Shown here piece after piece: positions 27,708 to 37,240 of a stretch of DNA of 64,000 nucleotides. A model generated the notes under the pieces. It saw only the letters and a list, made by a program, of their open reading frames with translations, had not been told where the DNA came from and searched no databases. This stretch comes from Candidatus Lutacidiplasmatales archaeon (lineage in GTDB: Archaea; Thermoplasmatota; Thermoplasmata; Lutacidiplasmatales; UBA184): the NCBI GenBank assembly GCA_044451945.1, contig JBIOKR010000002.1:4411-68410 (forward strand), written 5' to 3'. Numbering within the stretch: position 1 is the first letter of the stretch; the number at the start of each line of letters is the position of its first letter. Both the position numbers and the translations under genes were made by a program.

Positions 27708-28555
27708 GGGGAGGGCCTTCCGCGGCGGCTCCCGGGTGCCCCGGCTCCCCCGCCCCCGGAAGCCGTCCCCAGGTTGGGATGGCGCCCACGGCCTGCGTCA
27801 CGGGCCCCGAACATCGGCCGCTGCCCAATGGTCCGGGCCTCCGCCGGCTTCCCGCACCGGCGAGAGATCTCGAGCGACCGCCCCCGTGTCAAGGACAAAC
27901 CGGAGGCGGTCCCTTCCTATGGAATCGTCGGTGGCTACTGTGGGACGGGGGCATGCTCCGAGATCGCCGCGCCGGCGCCCTGTCACGCAGGCGACCCTCC
28001 TTCCGATGGTCCGACGCCGGTGGAGAGCGGATTCGACCCCTCCTACCCCCGGAACTCTCCCACATCCCCGGCGGGCGTCCTCGCGTCGGCGCCCGTCGCG
28101 GCTTGGAGACCTACCCCGAACCCGACGGCCCCTGCGCGGCGCCCTCCCTCGACACCAACGAGCGCTCCCTCGATGGCGTGCGGCTCTCCGAGGACCCCGC
28201 CACCCCGGCGACCGTTCGGTATCTCGAGGTCTCCCAGATGCAGCACCGCCGTTTCCTCCGGCGGCGCAGGCCCGGAAGCCGGAGGCGGCAACCGTTCTCG
28301 GAGAGATTCACTCGCCGAGGAGAGGGGGACGGGGACGGCGGCTAGGCCGGCGCCTCCGGGTATGGCCGTCGCGGGAGCTGCATCGGCAGATCGAGTGCAA
28401 GGCCGGGGAGCGGGGCGTCCCCGTTCTCAAGGGGAACCCCGCGTGCGCGAGGTGAGAACGAGGGAAACGGGAGCCCCTCGTGGCGTTTCGCCGCCTCTCC
28501 TCCCGGCTTCAAGTGGGCGGCCCGGGAATGCCGGTCCCTTCGGGCCCAGCGCTCC

Positions 28556-30871
28556 ATGCCGACCGCCTGCCTACTGGACATCTCCGACCGGCGCGACGGG
28601 ACCGGCGTCGTCCTGTGGGTGAAGGACCGCCGGACCGGAACGGTCACGTCCGAGCCGGTCGACTACCGGCCCCCGATCCTCATCGACGGTCCCCGCGCGC
28701 TGCTCGAGCGGGTCCGCAAGGATCTCGCCGCCTCGGAACGGATCCTCGAGGTCGACTGGACGACCCTCTCCCCCTCGCTCTTCGACCGTCGGCCGCGCCG
28801 GCTCCTCTCGGTCGTCGCCCGGCGCAACTTCGACCGTCGGAGGATCGCGGCGGAGGTCGACCGGGTCGGCGACTACCATCGGCTGACGCTCTACGACGTC
28901 GACCTCTCGGCGCCGCAGCTCTTCCATCTCATGCACGGCGTCTACCCGTTCGCCCCGGTCGTCCGGGAGGGAGGGCGCTGGGTCGCCACGGAGCGGGCCG
29001 AGACGGTCGACTTCGAGTTCCCGACCCTCAAAAGCGCCATGCTCCAGGTGACGCTCCAAGGGTACCGGCGGGGTGGCATCGCTCCCGGCGACCCGCCGAT
29101 CGGCGAGGTCCGGCTCGGGGACGCCACGCTGGCCGGGCCCGAGCGCGATCTCTTCGTGGAGCTGATGCGCGAACTCTCCCGACAGGAGCCGGACGTGCTG
29201 CTCACCGACGGGGGCGACGGCTTCGACGTGCCGCGCCTCTACCATCGGGCGCAGCTGAACGGGCTTTCGGACGAGCAGTTCTACCTGGGGCGGGAGAGCG
29301 CTTCGTTCCGGCCGACACGGCCGGCCCGCTCGTTCGAGACGTACGGGCAGGTCCTGCATCGGGACGCCGCGTTCCCGCTCCCGGGGCGCTTTCACATCGA
29401 CCGGGAGGATTCGTTCCTCTACGGGGACGCCGCCGTCGAGGGGCTCGTCGACGCGGCGCGGCTCTCCAGGCTCTCGTTGCAGACGGTCGCCCGCCAGTCG
29501 CCCGGGACCTGCTTCACCGCGATGGAGATGGCGCACGCCCTGGAGGACGGCGTCCACATCCCGTGGAAGAAGAACGAGCCCGAGCGGTTCAAGTCGGCGC
29601 GACGGCTCGTGGAGGCGGACCGCGGCGGCGTGATCTTCCTGCCGCCGGTCGGCGTGCACGATCTGGTCGACGAGTTCGATTTTGCGAGCCTCTTCCCGCA
29701 CATCATGGTGCGAAAGAACCTCTCGACCGAGACGCTCGACTGCCGGTGCTGTCCGAAAAGCCCGCTCGTCGTCCCGGGGCTCGGCTATCGCTCCTGCACG
29801 AAGCGCATCGGCCTCATCCCGAGGACGCTCGAGCCGCTCATCACCCGGCGCCTCGCGCTCAAGGCCCGCATGAAGGACAAAGGGCTCAGCAGCGAGGAGC
29901 GGGAGCGGGCGCGGCGGCGCGTCAAGATGCTGAAATGGATCCTCGTGACCTCCTTCGGCTACCAGGGATACCGCAACGCGCGGTTCGGCCGGATCGAGTG
30001 CCACGAGTCGATCAATGCCTACGCGCGCGAGCTCATCGCCGACCTCCTCCCGTGCGCGGAAGAAAGCGGGTACCGGGTGCTCCACGGCCTCGTCGACTCG
30101 CTGTGGCTCACGCCGATCGACCGCACGAAGGTCCCCGACGCCGAGGATTTCGCGCGGCGCATGAGCCGGCGCTTCGACATGCCGCTCGGCTACGAGGGGC
30201 GCTACCGGTGGGTCGTCTTCCTGCCGGCGGTCACGCACGGCCTCGGGGTGCCGAACCGGTACTACGGCCTCTACGAGTCGGGGGAGTTCAAGCTGCGCGG
30301 CATCGGATTGCGGCGGCACGACACCCCGACGCTCGTGCGAAGGTTCGAGACGGAGATCCTGAACGCGCTCTCCCGGGCGAAGGACGCGCCCGGGGTCCTC
30401 GAAGCGCTCCCGAAGGTCCTCGCCCGCGCGGACCTCTTTGCACGGGAGGTGAACCATGGCGGGTGGCCGCGGGAGGAGCTTCTGATCTCGCATCGTATCG
30501 GGCAGGACCCGGACGCCTTCGTCACGTTCACCGACAGCGTCGCCGCCATCCGGCAGCTCCAGGCGCTCGGCGCCTCGCGCTCCGCCGGGGAGACGGTGCG
30601 CTACCTCGTCCGGGACCGGCGCTCCCGATCCCTGAGGGACCGCGTCAAGGTCGCCGAGGCGCTCGAGGGAGATGAGTCGTACGACCCCGGTGCCTACCTG
30701 ACGCTGCTCGCCCGCTCGGGCGCCACGCTCCTCGCGCCGCTCGGCGTGAGCGAGGCCGGCCTCTTGGAGCGATGGCAGGTCGCGCCGCCCCCCGAGCGGG
30801 GCAGGTATCATTCTCCCGAACGGATGGGGCAGCGACGTTTGGAGCCCGAAGGAGCCTCGGCGGGGGCGTGA
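28556..30871 (+). CDS. Family B DNA polymerase homolog with degenerate motif C (possibly an inactivated PolB paralog)
   Basis: Exo II-like GGDGFDVPRLYHRA; motif A DFASLFPHIM; motif B KMLKWILVTSFGYQG. Motif C is HGLVDS instead of YGDTDS, so the first catalytic Asp is lost. Confidence 0.7.
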   Translation: MPTACLLDISDRRDGTGVVLWVKDRRTGTVTSEPVDYRPPILIDGPRALLERVRKDLAASERILEVDWTTLSPSLFDRRPRRLLSVVARRNFDRRRIAAEVDRVGDYHRLTLYDVDLSAPQLFHLMHGVYPFAPVVREGGRWVATERAETVDFEFPTLKSAMLQVTLQGYRRGGIAPGDPPIGEVRLGDATLAGPERDLFVELMRELSRQEPDVLLTDGGDGFDVPRLYHRAQLNGLSDEQFYLGRESASFRPTRPARSFETYGQVLHRDAAFPLPGRFHIDREDSFLYGDAAVEGLVDAARLSRLSLQTVARQSPGTCFTAMEMAHALEDGVHIPWKKNEPERFKSARRLVEADRGGVIFLPPVGVHDLVDEFDFASLFPHIMVRKNLSTETLDCRCCPKSPLVVPGLGYRSCTKRIGLIPRTLEPLITRRLALKARMKDKGLSSEERERARRRVKMLKWILVTSFGYQGYRNARFGRIECHESINAYARELIADLLPCAEESGYRVLHGLVDSLWLTPIDRTKVPDAEDFARRMSRRFDMPLGYEGRYRWVVFLPAVTHGLGVPNRYYGLYESGEFKLRGIGLRRHDTPTLVRRFETEILNALSRAKDAPGVLEALPKVLARADLFAREVNHGGWPREELLISHRIGQDPDAFVTFTDSVAAIRQLQALGASRSAGETVRYLVRDRRSRSLRDRVKVAEALEGDESYDPGAYLTLLARSGATLLAPLGVSEAGLLERWQVAPPPERGRYHSPERMGQRRLEPEGASAGA

Positions 30872-30948
30872 CCGACGGGTCGCGCCGGGTCCGGGGCCGC
30901 CGTGCGTTTCGCGTCACCCTCATATCTCTCCGTTCGCCGTAGTGGTTC

Positions 30949-32430
30949 GTGGTTTCACGAGCCAAGGCCAAGCGGGTCGAGTCGCCGCGCCGCCGGGAGA
31001 CGCCCGCGGGGATCCGCGAGCAGCTTCTGGCGATCCGTGCCGTCATGGAGGAAGGTGGCACCGAGGGGACGGACCTCCTGGTGCGCGCGCTCTCCGACGC
31101 GCAGCCGGCGATCCGCCAGGCGGCCGTCATCGCCTTGGGCCACCTCCGGGTGCATGAGCACCGCACCGCCATCGAGGCGTGCCTCGATGACCCGGACCCG
31201 AACGTGAGGGCGAGCGCCGCCGAAGGCCTCGGAGCCCTCGGTCGCACGGAGAGCCGGGAGCGCCTCGAGATCGCCCTTCGGGACCCGGTCGACCGCGTCC
31301 GTGAGCAGGCGGCGTGGGCGCTCTGGTCGATCGGCGACGAGAAGGCCGTGGAGAAGCTGCTTCCGCTGCTCGACGACCCGGCGCCGGGAGTCCGATGGAG
31401 CGGCGCCACGGCGCTCGGTCGCCTTCGCACTCCCGAGGGGTTCGAGCGCCTCATCACGGCCCTCACCGACGAGAACGACCGGGTGCGCCGCGAAGCGATT
31501 CTTGGTCTCGGCCACGCCGGGGATCCCAGGGTCCCCGACCTGGTCCGTCCGTTCCTCTCCGACCCGGCGCGCAGGGTGCGCATCGCCGCCTGCGTGGTCT
31601 TGGGCCAGCATCGAGACCGGGCCTCGACCTCCCAACTCATCGACCGAGTACTCCACGACGACACGTGGGTCCTTCCGGCGGCCCTGGTGGCACTCGGCCG
31701 GATCGGCGACCCTGAGGCGATCCCGACCATCATCACGGCCGCCGACGACCGGGGCTCGTGGGTGCGCGTCTGCGCCCTTCACGCGCTCGGCGAGATGCGG
31801 GCCGCCGAAGGTCGGGAAGTCGCGCGCCGGCGCTTGCTCGATTCCCACTGGTCGGTCCGCGGAGCGGCCGCGGAGGCGCTCGGCCATCTCGGCACGACCG
31901 ACGACCTTTCGCTCCTTCGAGCGATGATCGAGGACCCGCACCCGTGGCCCCGCCGCGGGGCCATTTACGCCATCGCCTACTTAGGACTCAACGAGGCGGC
32001 GCCCCGGATCCGGGAGGAGCTGGGTCACCCTATCGCGGAGGTACGGCTCGCCGCCGCTTGGGCGCTCGGACGCCTGGGAGACGATGGGGCGAAGGAGACG
32101 CTCGCCGTCCTACTGCGGCAGGCGAAGCCGACTGTCGGTGAGCCCCTCTTGCTCGCTCAGGGCGATGGCGCGGTCAAGCTTCAGAGCGACGCGCTCGGGC
32201 GGATGTTCGACACGCTCGTCCAGGCGCTCGGTCGGCTCGCCGAGCGCAGCCCCGACCCGTTCGTCCTTCGCGCCCTCGAGGAGGCGCGCGTGAGGGTTCC
32301 GGAGGAGGAGCTCGATCGCCCCGCGCGCCTCCCGGCCCCCGAGGTCCGAGGCGGGCAGGACGTCCCGACGCTCCGCTCGATCTTCGACGCGGCCCTCGTG
32401 GCGGTCGAAGAAGACGAACTCGGATGCTGA
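30949..32430 (+). CDS. HEAT/PBS-lyase repeat protein
   Basis: More than 10 tandem ~31-aa repeats of the form DPDPNVRASAAEALGALG. GTG start with 'tcatatct' about 25 nt upstream. Confidence 0.7.
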   Translation: MVSRAKAKRVESPRRRETPAGIREQLLAIRAVMEEGGTEGTDLLVRALSDAQPAIRQAAVIALGHLRVHEHRTAIEACLDDPDPNVRASAAEGLGALGRTESRERLEIALRDPVDRVREQAAWALWSIGDEKAVEKLLPLLDDPAPGVRWSGATALGRLRTPEGFERLITALTDENDRVRREAILGLGHAGDPRVPDLVRPFLSDPARRVRIAACVVLGQHRDRASTSQLIDRVLHDDTWVLPAALVALGRIGDPEAIPTIITAADDRGSWVRVCALHALGEMRAAEGREVARRRLLDSHWSVRGAAAEALGHLGTTDDLSLLRAMIEDPHPWPRRGAIYAIAYLGLNEAAPRIREELGHPIAEVRLAAAWALGRLGDDGAKETLAVLLRQAKPTVGEPLLLAQGDGAVKLQSDALGRMFDTLVQALGRLAERSPDPFVLRALEEARVRVPEEELDRPARLPAPEVRGGQDVPTLRSIFDAALVAVEEDELGC

Positions 32431-33368
32431 GGGAGTTTCGCCCCTCGGACGCCGAGGCGTTCTTCCAACTGATGCGCTCCCAGTTCCCCGAGGAGGAGGC
32501 GCTCCTCGGCTCCCGTCCCGAGGGCTTGCGGGACGTCGTCCGCCGGGTCTATCGATGGGACTACCGCCTCGTCCTCGGCCTACTTCGGATCCTGGGCCGC
32601 CCCGTCTTTCGATTCTTCGTCGTGGAGGATTCGGGGAAGCTTGCCGGGGTCGCCCTGCTGACCTACACCCAGGAGGCCGGTTACATCAGCGAGGTCGTCG
32701 TGGATCCGGCGTATCGCCGTCGAGGGCACGCGCGACGCGTGGTGGAGGCATGCCTATCCGGGGCGAAGGCCAGCGGGCGGCGGTACGGAGTCCTCGACGT
32801 CCTTGTGGGGAACGCACCGGCACGGGCTCTCTACGACAAGCTCGGTTTCCAGCCGTTGCGCTCTAAGTCGTACATGGTCAAGGATCTCCCCGCGGGGCGC
32901 CGAGGGGCCGGGGCCGGCCTACCGAGGAACGGCCGAGCGTTCCGACGGGCCGACGCGGCCGCGCTCCAAAAGGTCCTCGAGCGGGACCTTCCGGACCGCG
33001 TCCTCAAGGTGCTGCCGGTCGAGCGGGGCGCATTCTCGGTCCCCCAGGTCGTCGCCTACGGACTCGGGGCGACGACCGACGCATGGGTCATCGATGTCGG
33101 ACGTGGAGCGGAGGCGTTCGTGCGGGCCTCCGTCAGCACGGCGATGGCCGCGGGCAACCTGACGTGCCCGGTCATCGGCCCCGGGGTCTCTGACGAGGGG
33201 GCGCGCCAGATGGTGGAGTATGGCCTCGGATGGATCGCGGAGCGCGGGGCCCCGCGGGTCCTCAGCGAAGTCCCCGATTACGCTCCACGAGCGAAAGCCG
33301 CCCTCGAAGCGGCCGGATTCGTCGCCTCGTACCCCCTCCTCACGCTCTACCGGGACCTTGGTGCCTGA
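32424..33368 (+). CDS. GNAT-family N-acetyltransferase
   Basis: ISEVVVDPAYRRRGHARRVVEACL is the acetyl-CoA binding motif A. Overlaps neighbouring genes at both ends. Confidence 0.75.
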   Translation: MLREFRPSDAEAFFQLMRSQFPEEEALLGSRPEGLRDVVRRVYRWDYRLVLGLLRILGRPVFRFFVVEDSGKLAGVALLTYTQEAGYISEVVVDPAYRRRGHARRVVEACLSGAKASGRRYGVLDVLVGNAPARALYDKLGFQPLRSKSYMVKDLPAGRRGAGAGLPRNGRAFRRADAAALQKVLERDLPDRVLKVLPVERGAFSVPQVVAYGLGATTDAWVIDVGRGAEAFVRASVSTAMAAGNLTCPVIGPGVSDEGARQMVEYGLGWIAERGAPRVLSEVPDYAPRAKAALEAAGFVASYPLLTLYRDLGA

Positions 33369-34692
33369 GCCGACGCCCCGGGGACTCGGGGTCGACGTCT
33401 ACCTGTTCCCCGCGGTCGTGGGGGGAGGCCTCGGGGACATCGAGGAGGTCCTTGCGGCCGGACGGAGCTTGGAACGCGCCGGGTTTCCCGTCACCCTCTA
33501 CCGGTCACCCGGCCGCACCCTTCCCCCTTCGGTCGATGGGCCTTGGGATTGGCCCGTGGGGATCCGACGGACACGTCGGATACGTCCGCGGAACCGAAGG
33601 GCGCTGACGGTCAGCGCCTGGTGGGGGGTTTGCGCGGCCCCCGGACGCGACGAGCCCCTCGGGCGCGCCGGGGCCTGGAGCCTGGAGGCTCGTGCCGTCG
33701 AGGCGACGTACGGGCCGGACGCGGTGATCCACGTGAGCTTCGAGGAGTTCGCCCGGACCCTGATGAGCCGAGAGCAGACCATCGAGCGGTATCGGGAAGG
33801 AGGAGTGCCGATCCGAGAGATCGCACGACGGATGCGCCGCCCTGCCTCACGAAGGGAGGTCGTCCGATTCCACGAAGCCTACCGACGCTTTCGGGGATTC
33901 GACCGGCCGGACGTCCTCCACCTCTTCGCCTCGTTCGCCCCGTCGCCCGGATTCCGCCGCGAATTCCCGGAGGCGGTCCAGACCGGTCCGTTGTGGCCGG
34001 GTCGCAAGCGAACCGTTCGAGCCCATGGGACGAAAGTGGTTCGGCCGAGGGATTGGGTATGGTACGCGTCCCCGTCGAGTTCTGCGCTCCTGATCCCGCA
34101 GGTCCTGACGGGCCTATCGGCGTCACGCCGTACGACTCGCCTCTTCGTCGGACCCCGGATGCCTGCAACTCCCATACCAGAAGGTGGCCGAGTGCGCGTC
34201 GAGCCACTCCCCGTCGAGGCCGCCGCCGATTGGCAGCGACGGTTCGACTCGGCCGACCTGAGGATCGTGACCGGGAGTCGGACCCTGCTCGAAGCGCTAG
34301 AGCACCGGCTGCCGTTCCTCTACTTCAACGGGGTCATCGGGAGGGGGCAGAAGTTGCGTCGACATCGCCCGGAGAAGATCCAGGCATTGCTCGTCGCTTG
34401 GAAGCGGCAGGGTGTCGATCCCCGGTGGCGACGTGACCTTGCCAACTTTGCCTCCGGCCGGCAGGTTAGTGAGATCGTCCGTCGTGCGGCGGAGGACCCG
34501 GCGTGGTGCTCCCGATTCCCTCGGGGCGTGGAGATTACGGGGTATCGAGCTCCCTTCCACGACGCCGGAGAGCTTCTCCCGCAGATCGCCACCCGCTTCG
34601 CGCGTGCTGCCGGTGCGGCACAATTGGTCGCCGATATCCGCTTTGAAGGGCACCGATTCGCGCCGGCCCTTCGCGGGGAGATTTCCCGATAA
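33361..34692 (+). CDS. Hypothetical protein, GT-B glycosyltransferase-like (MurG/PseG-like C-terminal domain)
   Basis: ADLRIVTGSRTLLEALEHRLPFLYF resembles the GT28 C-terminal sugar-nucleotide pocket. GTG/TTG start overlaps the GNAT stop. Confidence 0.4.
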   Translation: MPEPTPRGLGVDVYLFPAVVGGGLGDIEEVLAAGRSLERAGFPVTLYRSPGRTLPPSVDGPWDWPVGIRRTRRIRPRNRRALTVSAWWGVCAAPGRDEPLGRAGAWSLEARAVEATYGPDAVIHVSFEEFARTLMSREQTIERYREGGVPIREIARRMRRPASRREVVRFHEAYRRFRGFDRPDVLHLFASFAPSPGFRREFPEAVQTGPLWPGRKRTVRAHGTKVVRPRDWVWYASPSSSALLIPQVLTGLSASRRTTRLFVGPRMPATPIPEGGRVRVEPLPVEAAADWQRRFDSADLRIVTGSRTLLEALEHRLPFLYFNGVIGRGQKLRRHRPEKIQALLVAWKRQGVDPRWRRDLANFASGRQVSEIVRRAAEDPAWCSRFPRGVEITGYRAPFHDAGELLPQIATRFARAAGAAQLVADIRFEGHRFAPALRGEISR

Positions 34693-34777
34693 ACCGACCC
34701 CGGTCGAGCGCTGCTCTAAGCCCCCCGCCCCATGCCCTATTTCCGCTGGATGAACAATCCCCCCAAGAGGCATTCAA

Positions 34778-35245
34778 TTGACCGCCTTGGGCAAAGTTGT
34801 GGTCTTCGGGCCGGGCGAAGGCAACGAGTTTCGGATCGAGGCGGACCGTTTCACCACCAAGGGCGATGCGTCCCAGCGCTCCGCACTGTTCTCGGTCGTG
34901 GAGTACGAAGGCGCGCCCGGGGTGCCAGGCCCACCCCCCCATGTGCACTGGGCTTTCGAGGAGGCATGGTTCATTCTCGAGGGGGAGGTGACCTTCACCT
35001 CGCAGGGCAAGCAGATCGCTGCGAGGAAGGGGACCTACCTGTTCGTCCCACGGGGCGTTCCGCACACCTTCGAGGTGGCGGGCAAGAAGCCGGCGCACTG
35101 GGTCGGCATCTTCTCCCCCGGGCGGTACGTGGGCTTGGTGGAGGAACTGGGAGCATTTCTCCCGGGGGGAAGACCACCGGAGCTCGAGGGGATCGTTCGG
35201 CTCTTCGCAAAGTACGATTCGGAGATGGTCAGCGGCAAGAGGTGA
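34778..35245 (+). CDS. Cupin-domain protein
   Basis: Two-His cupin motifs (PHVHWAFEEAWFILEGE... and PRGVPHTF). Confidence 0.7.
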   Translation: MTALGKVVVFGPGEGNEFRIEADRFTTKGDASQRSALFSVVEYEGAPGVPGPPPHVHWAFEEAWFILEGEVTFTSQGKQIAARKGTYLFVPRGVPHTFEVAGKKPAHWVGIFSPGRYVGLVEELGAFLPGGRPPELEGIVRLFAKYDSEMVSGKR

Positions 35246-35728
35246 GTTCGCAGGGCGTGCGGCCCCGCGGCCACGCCCGAACGGGGGTCGCGATCTTCGT
35301 GGTGAGACGGAATCCCCGATACCGCCGCCAAGGCGAGGAACCCGCCATCACCTCTCCGGGAAATCTCCCCGAGGTCTACGACATCCTCACCCAGCAGGGA
35401 GACGAGTCGTCCACGGGCAAGTGCCCGGAAGCTCGGTCCCGGGTCGGTCGAGGCTCGACTCGACATGATCCCCAGTGTCACCCGTTTTCGGTCCCTCCCG
35501 CTCGGAGCGAGGGCCGCCGTTTCTCCCGCGTGGATGCGCTCCGATAGGTCCACGCCCGGGAGAACGGATTCCCCCTCACGGACGCCCACGTTCGAGAAGG
35601 TTCCGGACGTGGTGCGTTTCATCCGAAAAGTCGGACGAATCCTGGATCGACCCCGCCGGCGATCGGTCGCGATTATCGACCTCGTTCCCCCTCGGTAACG
35701 TGGGCGGGCGGGGACAATAAGTTTGGCT

Positions 35729-35745
35729 ACCCTAATAATTAGGGT
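35729..35745. promoter_or_regulatory. 17-bp perfect palindrome ACCCTAATAATTAGGGT: candidate DtxR/SirR operator overlapping the BRE/TATA region of the sirR-znuABC promoter
   Basis: The palindrome is immediately followed by tttatatg (35750..35757) and the sirR ATG at 35780 (TATA at -30, leaderless). It resembles the TTAGG..CCTAA half-sites of iron boxes. Confidence 0.5.
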
Positions 35746-35779
35746 GTGGTTTATATGTACGCGTTCCCTCGAAGAATCC

Positions 35780-36202
35780 ATGGAGACGCTTCAGAAGCTC
35801 AGCCGTCGCCAGATCGAGGCGCTCCAGCTCATCGGCCGTGCCGCCACGCCGGAGCGGGGCGTCGCCCTCAATGTGATCGCCGCCGGTCTCGAGGTCCGAT
35901 CACCCTCGGCCTTGGGCCATGTGACGATGCTCGAGAACTTCGGCCTCGTCGTGCGGCACCGGGGCAAGACTCGTCTGACCCAGAAGGGGCAATCGACCCT
36001 GTTGGAGTATCTGCGGCATCACCGGGTCGCGGAGAATCTGTTCAGCAAACTCGGGCTGTCCCCAGACGACGTCTGCGCCGCGGCCCATGAGGTGGACCTT
36101 GCGATCTCCCACAAGACCATCGAGCGTCTATGCGAGGCCGAGAGGCATCCCAGCGTCTGTCCCCACGGGGCGCCCATTCCGCCCTGTTCGAAGGAGATCT
36201 AG
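35780..36202 (+). CDS. DtxR/SirR/MntR-family metal-dependent transcriptional repressor
   Basis: N-terminal HTH (LSRRQIEALQLIGRAA...) and metal-site residues (HEVDLAISHK, C-terminal CPHG). A TATA box lies at -30 and a palindromic operator just upstream. Confidence 0.75.
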   Translation: METLQKLSRRQIEALQLIGRAATPERGVALNVIAAGLEVRSPSALGHVTMLENFGLVVRHRGKTRLTQKGQSTLLEYLRHHRVAENLFSKLGLSPDDVCAAAHEVDLAISHKTIERLCEAERHPSVCPHGAPIPPCSKEI

Positions 36203-36214
36203 CGGACCCGCGCC

Positions 36215-37240
36215 ATGGCTCGGTCGGAGACGCCGGTACCGCCGCCTCGGCACGACCCGCCGATCGCCCGGTCCTCCTCCCCGCCGTGGATCCCGCCGGC
36301 CAAGCCTCTGCCCGTGGGGCGTATCGCGGCGGTGACGGCCGCGATTGTCGTTGTGATGGGCACGCTGGTGGCGGTGCATGCCATCCATCCGGCGAACTTT
36401 CCGGCCAACACCGGGAGCGTCGTGCCAATCGTCGCCGCCGAGAACTTCTGGGGAAGCTTGGTCGCTCAACTGGGCGGCTCGCACGTGAGCGTGCTCAGCA
36501 TCGTGTCGGACCCCAACGCCGACCCGCACGAATACGAGAGCAACACTTCGGACGCCATCGCCGTCTCTGACGCTCGGCTGGTCATCGAGAACGGTGCCGG
36601 CTACGACAACTGGTGCTCCCAGCTGGTCTCCGCCAGCTCCTCCCCGGGTCAGCGGGTGCTCAACGTCGCCGATCTCCTCGGAAAGCCGGCGGGGTCGAAC
36701 CCCCACTTCTGGTACGGCCAATCGTACGTCAACACGACGATCGCCGCAATGTACTCCGACCTGATCGCGATCGACCCCATCGACCAGGCGTACTACCAGC
36801 AACAGTACGCCGCGCTCAACACGTCGCTCGCCCCCGTCTGGTCCGATGAGGCGTACCTCCACGCCCACTGGGGTGGCGGGAAGGCCCAGATCGCCTCGAC
36901 GGAGAGCATCTTTGAGTACATGGCGAACTCGAGCGGGCTCGACCTCGTCTCCCCGGTGGCGTTCATGTCGGCGGTCAGCGAGGGGAACGACCCACCGACC
37001 CAGAGCGTCACCGAGTTCCAGGACCAGCTCGAGAGCGGGAACGTGAGCGTGCTCGTCTACAACAAACAAACGGTAACTCACCTGACCGACCAGATGCAGG
37101 CGATCGCCGCCCAATACAACGTACCGAGCGTCGGCGTGACCGAGACGATAGAGCCCTCGGGCGAGACGTTCGAGTTCTGGATGGCCTCCGAACTGTCCGC
37201 CCTAACGAGCGCGTTGGACCAGAAGGTGCCCGTCTCGTGA
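36215..37240 (+). CDS. Metal (Zn/Mn) ABC transporter substrate-binding protein, TroA/ZnuA family
   Basis: Cluster-9 SBP fold with signal anchor and a DPHEYE metal-binding segment. Confidence 0.75.
   Translation: MARSETPVPPPRHDPPIARSSSPPWIPPAKPLPVGRIAAVTAAIVVVMGTLVAVHAIHPANFPANTGSVVPIVAAENFWGSLVAQLGGSHVSVLSIVSDPNADPHEYESNTSDAIAVSDARLVIENGAGYDNWCSQLVSASSSPGQRVLNVADLLGKPAGSNPHFWYGQSYVNTTIAAMYSDLIAIDPIDQAYYQQQYAALNTSLAPVWSDEAYLHAHWGGGKAQIASTESIFEYMANSSGLDLVSPVAFMSAVSEGNDPPTQSVTEFQDQLESGNVSVLVYNKQTVTHLTDQMQAIAAQYNVPSVGVTETIEPSGETFEFWMASELSALTSALDQKVPVS

Noticed and set aside
27736-28622. ORFs in the 850-bp PolB-upstream interval
   Set aside because: All are Pro/Arg/Ser-rich with no start context. 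Treated as non-coding or pseudogene remnant and reported as a finding instead.
28480-30811. Overlapping 731-aa (+) and 746-aa (-) ORFs
   Set aside because: Alternative frames of the PolB homolog region. Only frame 28556..30871 contains polymerase motifs; the others are Arg/Pro-rich.
30645-31941. Minus ORFs 30645..31736 and 30955..31941
   Set aside because: Antisense to the HEAT-repeat gene.
36128-37114. 328-aa minus ORF
   Set aside because: Antisense to the ZnuA-like gene.
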